Of a DNA stretch of 64,000 nt, positions 10,301 through 22,700 are shown piece by piece; position 1 is the first letter of the stretch, and each line of letters begins with the position of its first letter. The notes under the pieces were generated by a model. It worked only from the letters and a program-made list of their open reading frames with translations. It searched no databases and was not told the DNA's origin. Source of the DNA: a virus; the IMG/VR virus record IMGVR_UViG_3300032323_000739, positions 1-64,000 of that record; one strand, 5' to 3'. Position numbers and translations under genes: made by a program.

Positions 10301-10748
10301 CGATGAAATAATCTATCATCCTGTAAAATATAAAAATATTTTTGGTAGTACAGCAGATACTAGTCTTCAAGCCACATTTAAAGTAGTAAAAAGCCAAGGC
10401 GTTTCAGTTAGCGACAGTGATATAAAAACTGCGGTCATAAACGCCATTAATGAATTTTTTGCTATTGAAAATTGGGAGTTTGGAGATACATTTTATTTCG
10501 GCGAGTTAGCCACATATGTGATGAATAAACTTTCCCCAAATTTGGCTAATATTGTTTTAGTACCTAAACAAGATGGTTTAAGTTTTGGTAGTCTCTACGA
10601 AATAAAATCTAACTCAGATGAAATTTTTGTAAGTTCGGCAACAGTTGATGATGTTGAAATTATTTCTGAAATAACAGCGTCACGTATACGAGCATCAGGT
10701 ACTGTGTTAACCAGCACACAATCTACTAGTGGAATAACAAGCGCATAA
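7302..10748 (+). CDS. Baseplate wedge subunit gp6-like
   Basis: DFD.LR..MI.YL...DFND..ESS....LIDL.AY...A.RRESV.RLA....YNP; F.DGVFG..P; R.IT..DY. Follows gp25. Confidence 0.85.
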   Translation: MASVDRQNRLIVAEDWKKIYQSFRNADFQSYDFDNLRRTMITYLRENYPEDFNDYIESSEYLALIDLIAYLGQNLAFRFDLNSRDNFLELAERRESVLRLARLLSYNPKRNLPANGLLKFTAVSTTEAVIDSNGRNLAGQTIVWNDPANANWYEQFIKVINAAMTETIQFGKPQDRAVISGIRTEQYRFNATNTEVPVYAFNKSIDGRNTNFEVVSCSFKDSDKIYEEAPFPGNSLAFLYRDDGGGAPSSNTGFFAHFRQGSLQTGNFGISRPSPNETVDIDSSGINNDDIWLYKLDGIGLENELWTKVDATEGNNIIYNSVNKKIRNIYSVLSRTGDRIRLSFADGVFGDLPQGNFKIYYRVSNGLRYSVNPNNIKNVTIDIPYVSKRGKQETITVTLGLKYTVNNASAAETSASIKQKAPQTYYTQGRMITGEDYNVLPLSISQEIIKAKAVNRVSSGISRYFDLKDTSGKYSSTNIFGTDGIIYKQEFAETFNFSAATRSEIESVVVNKLSPVLKKKSVYDFYLDNFPRVGLSITFADWRQISKATNVSTGYVKNVDTDEPKTVGSFTSSNLFYLIPNSLVKFTAYVEGTPIKHFDKNNLIVDGPASLPGDKEYIWAKVINVVGDGTYGEDQILPNGEGPVKFNEIIPNNAVLDSIVPRFTKALDSATQSRIIDLIFANKEFGLRYDTTVTAWKIVTESNLDKLSNFNLGKAGDISNQQLDSSWLVMFETDGETYTVTNRGLRYVFESETEVRFFFDSSDKVYDTKTGKVIRDRITILSINKQPDVTSAFMNDFEWNIVEEYKGADGYIDSKKISISFSDTDEDGVVDDPDLFTRIVAPTTNPREKYIFQQRRVGLDGVIDYYYLDNSNSLINVYETQGQAEQDIPTFSNGKLVYIINEDLVKTFNSATTSFTINTEYRSYQGRNSIKFQYIHAADESSRLDPAATNIVDVYMLTRSYDTEYRRWLKGEIDSKPLPLSSDSLFVNFGSNLNKIKSVSDEIIYHPVKYKNIFGSTADTSLQATFKVVKSQGVSVSDSDIKTAVINAINEFFAIENWEFGDTFYFGELATYVMNKLSPNLANIVLVPKQDGLSFGSLYEIKSNSDEIFVSSATVDDVEIISEITASRIRASGTVLTSTQSTSGITSA

Positions 10749-10752
10749 GACT

Positions 10753-13700
10753 ATGGCATTTAATAACGATCAACAAGAATCAGCACTACCTATTGGAAAT
10801 TCTGCTAACAGAACTTCTGTGGATTTTTTACCAAGATATTTTAGAACAGCAACTAATCAAAAGTTCTTAAATGCTACTTTAGATCAGTTAATATCTGAAG
10901 GTGAAGTAGAAAAAATAAACGCCTTTGTAGGAAGAAAAACTACAGAAGCATACAGCATCAGAGATAGATATTTAGATGATGTTAGCGATCAGCGTACAGC
11001 ATATCAGTTAGAACCTGCTATTACTATTAGAGATAGTCTTAACAATTATGTATTTTTTAAAGACTATAATGATTACATTAATCAGTTAAGTTTTTTTAAT
11101 TCTAACAACAGCAATCATGATTTAATCAACAGTCAAGAATTTTATGCGTGGAATCCGCATATTGACTGGGATAAGTTTATCAATTATAGAGAATATTATT
11201 GGTTGCCTAACGGACCCCAAAGTATTCCAGTTGTTGGCCAAACACCTAACATAATCAGTACTTACAAGGTTGCACTTGTTGATGAAACAGATAATCAGGC
11301 TTATGTGTTTACTCCAGACGGACTAACTCGCAATCCTACACTAACATTGTATAGAGGTCAAACTTATCGTTTTGAAGTTGACTGTGCTGATCAGCCAATA
11401 GCATTTAAAACTGATAGAATTTCAGGCGATAGTTTTTTCTATACACAAGGTGTTAGTACAGGTAACGCATACGTAGGCACCGGTATAATCGAATTCCAAG
11501 TGCCAGAAGATGCTCCAAATATTCTTTATTACGTTAGTAAGAACGATATAAACTCCAGCGGTATTTTAAAAATTTATGACATTGACGAGTTTACAAAAAT
11601 AGATGTAGAAAACGAAATTATTGGTAAAAAGACTTATGTGTTAAATGACGGCACACCTCTAAGCAACGGTATGCGTGTTTTCTTTCAAGGGCGTGTAACA
11701 CCAGAAAAATACTCAACGGGTAATTGGTATGTAGAAGGTGTAGGCAACAGCATTTATCTTGTTGCAGAAAACGATCTATTAACACCTGCCAGTTATGCCT
11801 CTAATGCAGATATTGAATTTGACAATGAACAATTTGACACACAAGGCTACGATGTTAATGCAAACTACCCATCGACTAAAGATTATCTAATAGTTAATAG
11901 GGGTAGTAAAGATAGAAATCCTTGGAGTCGTTATAATCGTTGGTTCCACAAGGACGTTATAGAAGTATCAGCCGCTGTTAATAATCAGCCACTGACACTT
12001 GATCAAAATGCTCGTGCTAAACGACCAATTATTGAATTTGAAGCAGGACTTACACTTTGGAATTTTGGTAGTCAAGCCAAAGACAACGTTACTCTAGTAG
12101 ATACATTTACCACAGATGTATTTTCTAAAGTAGAAGGTAGTTTAGGTTATAATGTTGATGGTGTTAATTTATTAGAAGGGATGCGAGTGCTGTTTACAGC
12201 AGACACTGATATACGTGTAAGTGGTCGTATATTCCGTGTTTCGTTTGTTACGCATCTTGGTACAAGAAGAATTACCTTAATAGCAGAATCAGATACTGAT
12301 CCTATCGAAGGCGAAACAGTATTAGTTTTAGAAGGTGATGAAAACAGTGGAAAAATGTATTACTATTCTAATGGATTTTGGAAAGTATCTCAGCAAAAAA
12401 CAACAATAAATCAGGCTCCTCTGTTTGATGTGTTTAACAGTGACGGCATTAGTTACGGAGACAAATCTGTATATGTAGGTTCTACATTTGCTGGTACAAA
12501 ACTGTTTACTTACGCACCCGGTTCTGTGTTAGATTCGGAATTAAAATTTGGCATATCCTACAGAAATATTGGTAATATTGGTGATATAGTTTTTGATTTT
12601 AATTTACACACTGATTCGTTTTTATATCAAGATCTAGCCGAGGTTAAAACAGTAACATTGGATAGAGGTTACTTAAAGCAAACTAATGGTCTACTGTCAG
12701 AATCTTTTGTAAACGGGTGGAGCAAGGCTAGTGCAACTAGTCGACAATATGTTGTTAGACAATACGATGCAGTTGAACGTCAAAATTTCTTCCCCATTGA
12801 TGTGTACGACAATGTTGGGTCGCTAACTGACTTAGAAGTGCGTGTATGGGTCAACGGCAAATTAAAATCTAATATATCAGATTACAGCATTTTTGTAGAA
12901 GGTGTTAACGCCTATGTAGATTTTATTGCAGATTTAAACACTACGGATTCTGTAGTAGTTAAGACTCGCAGTTCAGCAGTTAAAAATCAAAATGGCTATT
13001 ATGAATTTCCGCATAATTTAGAAAATAATCCTCTTAACATTAGCATGGATGATTTCACTTTAGGCGAAATATCTAATCATTTAAAAACAATCGTTGAAAA
13101 CAACTCAGAAGTTATTGGCACAGTACCAGGTCCAACAAATTTAAGAGATATTTCAAATTTATCTGCATATGGTCGCAAAATAATACAGCACAGCGGTCCA
13201 TTGTCATTGGCTGCTTATCATATTACAGATAAAGAGCATAATATAGTAAAGTCATTAAGATTCGCTAAAAACGAGTACAGTAAATTCAAAAGAAATTTTC
13301 TGCGTATTGCGGAATCTTACGGCTTCGATGGTGACACAAGAGTACACTTAGATCTTTTATTAAGAGAAGCAGTTAAAGATAATGTAGATACTATGCCGTT
13401 TTACTTTAGCGACATGATCCCATTTTCTGCAAACTTTATCTACGAACAAACAGTTATAGACGACAGCATAACTCAATACCCTATAACTTTTAATTTTGAT
13501 TTAACACAACCTAGTCAACGTGCAGTTTTAGTTTACTTGAACGATCAACAACTACTGCACGGAAAAGAATACGAGTTTGTAAATGATAGTTTTGTCAGTA
13601 TTCTCGTACCAATTGTAGAAGGCGACAATGTTAAAATTATTCAGTATGAAAGTACCGATGGCTGCTACGTACCACCAACGCCAACAAAGTTAGGTTTATA

Positions 13701-16700
13701 TCCATTGTATGAGCCAAAGATATTTGTTGATGACACATATCAAACTCCTACAAGAGTAATACAAGGTCACGACGGTAGCATTACTGTAGCATTCAACGAC
13801 TACAGAGATGATTTAATTTTAGAATTAGAAAAACGAATTTTTAATAATATTAAAGTTCTGTATGATCCAACAGTATCAAACATTGACGAATATATTACCG
13901 GTTATTATAGAAAAACAGATGTTGCTATAAAGGATCTCAATGATACATTAAGGCAAGAGTTTTTATACTGGAGTCGTTTTATAGCCGACGATTACACTAA
14001 ACATACATTCTATGATAGTAATAATTCGTTCACATTTAATTATAAACAATTTGCCGCACCAGACGGAACACAAGTTCCGGGATTCTGGAGAGCAATCTAC
14101 AAGTATTTTTACGATACAGATCGCCCACACAGTCATCCTTGGGAAATTCTTGGCTTTAGAATAGAACCAACATGGTGGCAAGATGTCTACGGACCTGCAC
14201 CATACACCAGTGACAATTTAATTTTATGGAACGACATTGCCGAAGGGATCATTAGAGAGCCTGGAAAATTATTAGTAAGAACGCCAGAGTATGCTAGACC
14301 AACAATAAGTTCTCATTTACCTGTTAATCAAAACGGCGAATTACTGTCACCATTAGAAGCAAACGCAATTAATGATTATGTTGCATTGTTTACAGAAGGC
14401 GAATTTACATTTGGCGATCAAGCACCGATTGAAAGTGCTTGGAGAAAAAATTCAGAGTATCCGTTTGCTTTGATTACAGCATTAACATTGTTACGCCCAG
14501 CAAAACTGTTTGCCACTGCCTACGACAGAATAAGACAAGTTAGAGATAAAGATGGCCAACTAGTCTACAAAGTAGCCGATGGAAATCTAAGAATATCTCC
14601 AAAGATTATAGAGTTTCCTAATACTATTAAAGACACTAGTAGAATATTCACTTCTGGTCTAGTAAATTATGTCTGTGAATATGCTACAAGTCGCAGTGAA
14701 GAAATTTGCGAAAATTATAAATTTAATTTAAAAAATTTAGATCTTAAATTATCTGCTAAACTTGGCGGGTTTACTAGCAAAGAAAAATTTAAACTTATTC
14801 TTGACAGCCGTAGTCCTTTAAATCAAGGTAATGTTTTTGTACCAGAAGAAAATTATGAAATTGTTCTCAATACTAGCAGTCCTGTTTTAAGTATTGACTA
14901 TAGCGGTGTTATTGTTGAAAAACAACCTAGTGGATTTATAATCAAAGGCTACAATCAATCTGTACCGGAATTTAAATATTACAAACCACTGTCTACAGTT
15001 TCAGATCCACAAATTAATATTGGTGGTATATCAGAAAGTTATCTCGACTGGGACACTGATAAGTTTTATAATAAAACTCAAATAGTACGCTACGATAATA
15101 ATTTTTACAGAGTAACTACTAGTCACACTAGCAGTGGAACATTTGAGCTCAAATATTTTGCCAAGTTACCTCAGTTACCTGTAACCGGTGGCAGAGATGT
15201 TACTATTCGTAGAAGATTTGAAACAGAGTTGAGTACACTACATTACGGAGCAGAGTTAGAAACAGTGCAGGATGTAGTTGACTTTATGCTGGGATACAAT
15301 CAATATCTTTTACAACAGGGATTTAATTTTGAATACTTCAATCCTAGTTTAGAAACAGTCACTGATTGGGAAACTTCTGTTAAAGAGTTTATATTCTGGA
15401 CTACACAAAATTGGGCCGCAGGTTCGGTAATCGCTTTAAGCCCAGGTGCAGATGAAATAATTTTTGCTCAAGAATTTTCAGTTGTAGATAACATCTATGA
15501 TAGTTTTTACGAGTATAGCATTTATAAACAGGATGGATTAAGTTTAGAACCTTTATTTACAAACAGCATCCGTAAGGGAAATAACTTTACATTACGTCCA
15601 CGTAATACTGCTGATGGCATCTATCATGCTACGTTAAATCTTGTACAGAAAGAACATGTGTTAATTTTAGATAATAAAACAGTATTCAATGATATAATAT
15701 ACGATCAAACACAAGGTTATCGCCAAGAAAGAATTAAAGTTACAGGCTATAGAACTGGCGGATGGCAAGGCGACTTTAGTATACCAGGATTTATCTACGA
15801 CAGAGCAGTGGTAAAAGAGTGGTCATCGTGGAAAGATTATGCACTTGGTGAAACAATCAAATATAAAGAATTTTATTATAGTGCTAAGAAAAATACTCCA
15901 GGTAGCGAAACATTTAATGACGAATCTTGGTATAGATTACCTGCTCGCCCAGAAAGCAAGTTAATACCTAACTGGGACTATCGAGCAAATCAGTTCCCTG
16001 ACTTTTACGATTTAGATACCGATAGTTTTGATACCGATCAACAAAAATTTGCACAACATTTAATTGGTTATCAAAACAGACAATATCTTGAAAATATTAT
16101 TAATGATGACGTAGCACAATATAAATTTTATCAAGGTATGATTCGAGAAAAAGGAACTCAGAACGTTCTTTCGAAACTATTTGATACTCTTAGTGCTACA
16201 GATAAAGAAAGCATTGAATTTTTTGAAGAGTGGGCAATTCGTATTGGACAATACGGTGCTGTTGATGCCTTCAAAGAATTAGAATATAAGGTTGACGAAG
16301 AAAAAATATTAATTAATCCTCAACCATTTGAACTAGTCAATAGAATTGATAGAGAGTTAAATGATTTCGTTTATAGATTTACGCCAGATCAAGTCTATGT
16401 AAAACCTGAAGGTTATAATCATAATCCTTTTCCAACATTTAATCCTTCTAACTATTTTGTAGAAACAGCAGGATTTGTAAGAACAGAAGATGTTAATTAT
16501 GTAATTTCTACTAAAGCAGACCTAGCCAACTATAGTTTAGAAGATTTAGAAGAAGGCAGTCGTTTCTGGGTAGGATATGATAAAAATACTTGGAACGTTT
16601 TAAGATTTGGCCAATTTGCTAAAGAAATTTCTAGTGTTGAATTTTTAGATCCAGCATTAAAAATTAATTTAGTATCCAATCGAGACAGCGATATTCAAGT

Positions 16701-19700
16701 AGGCGACTACATTGGCGTTAATGTTGGTAATAATAGATTGGATGGTATCTTTCCAGTAATAGAAGTTGGATTTAATTATATTACAATTACTCCTGCTTCT
16801 TCGTTCACAGACGATGATGCAACGTTGATTAACTTTGATGGTGTTACTACACTTTATAAATTTAGCAGTGTTAGAACATCAACAATGGATCAAATCAATT
16901 CACTATATCTACCACGTAAGAAAGATGGTGATTTAGTTTGGGTTGACGGTATTAGCAATCAATGGAGTGTGTGGCAGTATAATAGCGTTTATTCTGTAGA
17001 TACAGTTGCAGACGATGCAGATAAATTTGGCTCAGTGTTGTCTATTGATGATGCAAACAGAATTATGGTAATCACGGCCGATGATAGAGTTTTATATCTT
17101 TCAAGACCAGTTAGCCAACAAAACTGGGTATTTAGAGATCAAATAACACCTAGTTCAGCGCAGGCGTTGACTGACACTAACGGCAGTTTCGGTGCGAGTC
17201 TTGCAATTAGCAAAGACGGAGCATATTTGTTAGTTGGTGCTCCGGACGCAGATAAAGTTAGTGGCGACAGTAGTAACACAGCAAAAGAAGGATATGTTGC
17301 TGTTTACAAGAAAAATGCCGCAGATATTTTTACGCTACACGAAGTTAAAGATGCAAATGAAAATATAATTTTTGATGGTGTGTTTAAATCACCAAACAGA
17401 AATCAGTTTGAGTACTTTGGTTTTAAAACAGCAATAGTCAATCAATTAGTAATTATAGCAGGCAAAGGAGGCCAACTCGGTCCAACAACACTTAACTTGT
17501 TTACACTAGATGGAGTGTTTATAGATCGGTATGAGTTTACAGGCGATGCCGAAATAACAGACATGAGTGTAGCAGATACTGGCCTAATTGCAGTAACTAG
17601 AAACGACGAAACTGTACACATGTTTACTTCTAATAATAGTGGTCTAACATTGTCTGAAACTATTTTGTTTAATGATGTAATTGACAGCGGAATTGAAATA
17701 TCTAGCGGTTCAAATTTTGCTAGTTCAGTGGCTTTAGCCAGAGATGGCAACACTATGGCAGTAGGTGCAGCCAGTTATTCAAACACCAACATTGAAGAAG
17801 GATGTGTGATATTATTTGCTAAGAACACAATCTTTGAACCTGTTGATATTATTACTAGTCCAACTCGCCAGGAAAGCGGTCGCTTTGGTGACAAAGTTAA
17901 ATTTAATCGAACAGGCGATCAATTAGTTGTTCGTTCTAGAACAGGTGATCAAACATTTGCTACAAGTTTTGACAACAGTGCAACAACGTTTGATTTAGGG
18001 TCAACAGCATTTAAAGAAATTGACAAGTTTACTGGTGCAGTATTTGTATTTGACAAGTACAATACTAAGTATGTTTTTGCTGAAGATTTAGAAAATAAAA
18101 ATTTAGGTTCAGAGTACGGTAAAGATATTGTTGTTACAGATAGAATTTATGTAGGCGATGCAACTGCCACGCAAGGTGCAGTGTATGAATTTAAGTCTAG
18201 CAAAAAATCTTGGAGTGTCTATAGACAACCCGAACCAGCAGTAGATGTAAAGAAAATTAGATCTGTATTTTTATACGACACAGAAAAAAATAATATCATA
18301 AGTTATCTAGATTTTATTGATCCTTTGCAAGGAAAAATTTTAGGACTGGCCGAACAAGAATTAAGTTACAAAACATATTATGATCCAGCCACTTATACTC
18401 TAGGTACTGCTGATGTAGTAGTTGATACTTTTGATAGTTGGACCAGAGCCGCAGTTGGTAGACTATGGTGGGATTTAGGCGCAGTAAAGTTCTTTAACAC
18501 TTATCAAGGCACAGCGGCATATAAAGCCAATACATGGAATGCTAGATTTGGTGATGCTGAAGTTGCAGTATACGAATGGGTTGAATCTATTTACAGACCA
18601 AGTGACTGGGATCAATTAGCAGATACAGAAGAAGGTCTAACAATGGGCATAAGCGGCCAAAGTAAATATGGCGATTTGGCTTATAGTGTAGAACAAAGTT
18701 ACGATTCTCTTACACAAAATTATTCTAACAAATATTATTTCTGGGTAAAGAATAAGGTCACTGTTCCTAATGTTGAATTCCGCAAATACAGTGCTAAAGA
18801 TGTTGCTGAATTTATACAAGACCCTAAGAGTAAGGGAGTTAGATATGCGGCATTATTAGGATCAAATCAATGGGCGTTAATAAACTGTAAAGAATTGATT
18901 GCTGACAGAAAAGTTGCTGTAAACTTCCGTTATTGGAATGTAGAAAATACTGAAATTAATATACATAGTCATTATCAATTACTAACAGACGGCGATATAA
19001 GCCGTAAGTTAAACACATATGTTGAGCAAAAATGGATCGACAGTTTAGTTGGGTCAGATGTGTTTAACAATCCTGTGCCTGATCCAGACTTGCCACCTAA
19101 ATTAAAATATGGTATCTTAAACAAGCCTCGTCAGAGTATGTTTGTAAACAGAGTTGAAGCAGTTAAACAATTCGTAGAACGTGTCAACTCTGTACTAGCA
19201 AAGAAAAATTTAATAGATGATTTTAATCTCAGCGGCCTTGATGTTAAAGAACAGCCACCTACTTTATACAGCCGTAGTTATGATATAGTTAAACCCACTT
19301 ATAGCGAAATAAGATTTGTAGGTACGGCGGCAGTAGAAGCACCAGTATTATTACCAATAATTTCTTTAGGTAAGATTGTTGGTGTAGATATTATTAACCC
19401 AGGTAAAGGTTATATAGATGTTGTCTACGATCCAGCACAAGAAATAGCTCGTCGAGGGCCTGCCATTGAAGTTGTGGGCACTGGAGAAGGTGCTCAACTT
19501 TCTTGCGAAATCGATTCTGCAGGTCAAATTGTCAGAGTTAAAGTTGAAAAACAAGGCAAGAATTATTCTAATTCTACCGCGTTAACTGTTCGTCCGTTTA
19601 CTGTATTAGTAGAAGCAGACGAAACAGCAAATTTTGGGTGGAGTTTATACACTTGGAATGTTGAATCTAAGTCATGGGAACGCTCAAGAACACAATCCTA

Positions 19701-22700
19701 TGATGTGACTAAGTATTGGCAATACGCCGACTGGTATGCCAGCGGATACAATAATTTTACTAACATAAATCATTTATTAGATTTTGCCTACGAAATTCCT
19801 GGAGCAAATATCGAAATAGGTGAAATAGTTAAAATTAAAAATCAAGGTTCTGCCGGCTGGTTACTATTAAAGAAAATAGATAATCAAGAAACTACAGATA
19901 ACACTGTAAACTTTCAAACTATTGGTCGTCAAAACGGTACAATACAATTGAACGATAATATCTATCGCTTCTCTAATAACAATGTAGGCTACGACGGCCC
20001 TACCTATGATGATGATATCTTTGATGATCAACCTACCGAAGAACTTCGTATAATGCTAAATGTTTTGAAAAATGATATTTTCATTGATGATTTAGAAATA
20101 GAATACAATCAGTTGTTCTTTGCAAGTTTACGTTATGTGTTCCAAGAACAAGTATTTGTTGATTGGGCATTTAAGACTAGTTTTGTAAGAGGTAAACACA
20201 ACCTAGGTGAATTAAAACAAAAAGTAACCTATCAAAGTGATAACCTCGATAGTTTTGAGGATTACATCAGCGAAGTTAAACCTTATAGAACTAAAATACG
20301 TGAATTTGTTAGTGCATATGATAGATTAGAGCAAACTAGGTCTGTAGTTACAGATTTTGACTTACCTCCTTTCTATAATTTTGAAAGTAACAAAATTACC
20401 ACTGTTTCCACTTTTGTTGAAGACGGTATTTTAAAATACAACAATGACATTGTATTATCAGAACCCTACGACAACTGGTATTATAACGTAGGTCACAATG
20501 TTGCTGAAATCACGGTTGTTGATGGGGGATCAGGTTATACAAGTCCTCCGATAGTAATTATTAACGGAATAAGTTCAATATCTGCTGAAGCCACAGCATA
20601 TATCAGTCAAGGACGTGTTAACAAGATAATAGTAGATAATCCAGGCGAAGGATACTTAGTTATTCCTGAAATTATTTTAGATGGCGGCCAACCGTTAGGA
20701 GGCACTCCTGCTAGAGTTGCAGTACAATTAGGCGCAGGTCCTGTGCGCAGTAATAAAATTGGAATTAAATTTGATAGATTAAACCCAAGATATACAATAA
20801 CTAATCAGGTTAAAACAGAAACTTTTGCAAATGTTTCCGGTAGTCAAACTAGATTCAATTTAATTTGGCCTATTGATTTGCGGTTAACAAAAATTACTGT
20901 GTCGGTTGGCGGAATAGAATTGTTAGACAGTGACTATACTGTGGCCAACATCAAAGATACAACTTCTACATATACACGCTATTATGGTCGCGTAACATTT
21001 GATGTAGCGCCATCTGTTGGTCAAACTGTGGCAATAACTTATTATAAAGACATTAATCTAATGGATGCCGCAGACCGCATTCAGTTCTACTATACCGATC
21101 CAACACCGGGTCAGTTAGGACAAGATTTAGGTCAATTGATGCAAGGTGTTGACTACGGCGGTGTTCAGATAACAGGTATTGATTTTAATATTGGTTCAGG
21201 TTGGGACAGCCTACCTTGGGGTATCACTGGTTGGGATAGTTTTGATTCTCAATATACTGATCAATTATTTAGAAGCGATGGCACTAGTCGAGAATTTACA
21301 CTAGGATTCGTGCCGGGTGTTGGAGAAGAAATTAACGTCTACGTTAATAATATTCGCGTAGATGATCCAAACTATGACACTGTAACTACAACACAGGCAG
21401 TATTAACTGCTGAACAACAAGTGTTAGAAACCCTGCAGACAGAACTATCTGCACTTCAGTTAATAGCCAACGGCACACAACTTGCGTTGAATAGTGCGTT
21501 AAGCACACAACTTCAAGCACAGCAGGACACACAAGCGGCAGCCGCGGCCTATAATCAGGCTATACTTGACTTTGGAGCAGGCAGTCCTGAAGCACAGGCA
21601 GCAGAAGCAGTTTACATTTCTGCTCAAAGTGACGAAGTTACAGCAAATAACAATGCCATTGCAGCCACGGCCGCTAATAACATAGCTCAGGACAACGTTT
21701 CAGATAAGCAGGACGAAGTAAATGCTCAAACTATAATAGTTACATCGGCGCAAACAGCATTAGACGATTTAGATCCTATAACTAATGAAAATGCAGAGAT
21801 GAATACTATCTACGGCGATGGCGTTACTAACGAATTTACACTACCTTCTACAGTGACATTATCCGGTGATCAAACTAATAATAATGTGTTTGATAATATT
21901 ATTTTCCGCAAAGCCACCAGTGATGGCAGTTTTGTGCCAGAAGAAAACACATACGACATTAATTTAAGTGGCGGAAATCTAGCCTATACTAGTGCTAGAG
22001 GATTGAACGCAGAAGAAATTAATGTCGACGGCGACGGGTTTGTTACGCCAACTTCTAGTCATGCTCCAGAGGAGATGGTAACTGGTCAAGTATTAGACAC
22101 TGTCGACATTCAAGTATTTCACAAAGTTAGCGACGGTGCGCCAACTATTGTTACCAAGCATTACATAGCAAACGGTCAAACCGCATTTGATATTGGTCAA
22201 CGTCCAGGCACAGACAATTCCGTTATTGTAAAAATAAATGGTCTAGTAAAGAGATTAAATGTTGATTATGTTGTTGATTTTATTAATCAGCAAATTTTAT
22301 TAACTACAGTTCCTACAACAACAGATGAAGTTACTGTAACAAGTCTAAGTCAAAATGGTTTAGGTATTTTAGATTTAGATTTCTTTGTTGGCGATGGTAG
22401 TACTACAGAGTTTATTACTGCGGCACGTTGGGACGGAGATTTTTCAGCCTTTGTTACTGTGAATGGATTAGTTACAGGTGTAACAGCATTTGTAGCAGAC
22501 GACACTTATATTCGTCCAGGTAACATTGGTATAAGATTTGGTCAAGCCCCAGCAGTAGACTCAATTATCAATTACACCATACTTAACAGTTTTGTAAACA
22601 CTGTGAGTAAAATTGACCAAGAATTAATTGTACACGACGGAACTACTACAACATATGAACTAACTAATGTTCCTGCATTTGTAGCACCATTAGAAAATCA

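Noticed and set aside
21379-21780. An intein or tape-measure fragment explaining the insertion in the giant protein
   Set aside because: There are no intein terminal motifs (C/S start, HN-C/S/T end) and no TMP-like periodic aromatic repeats.
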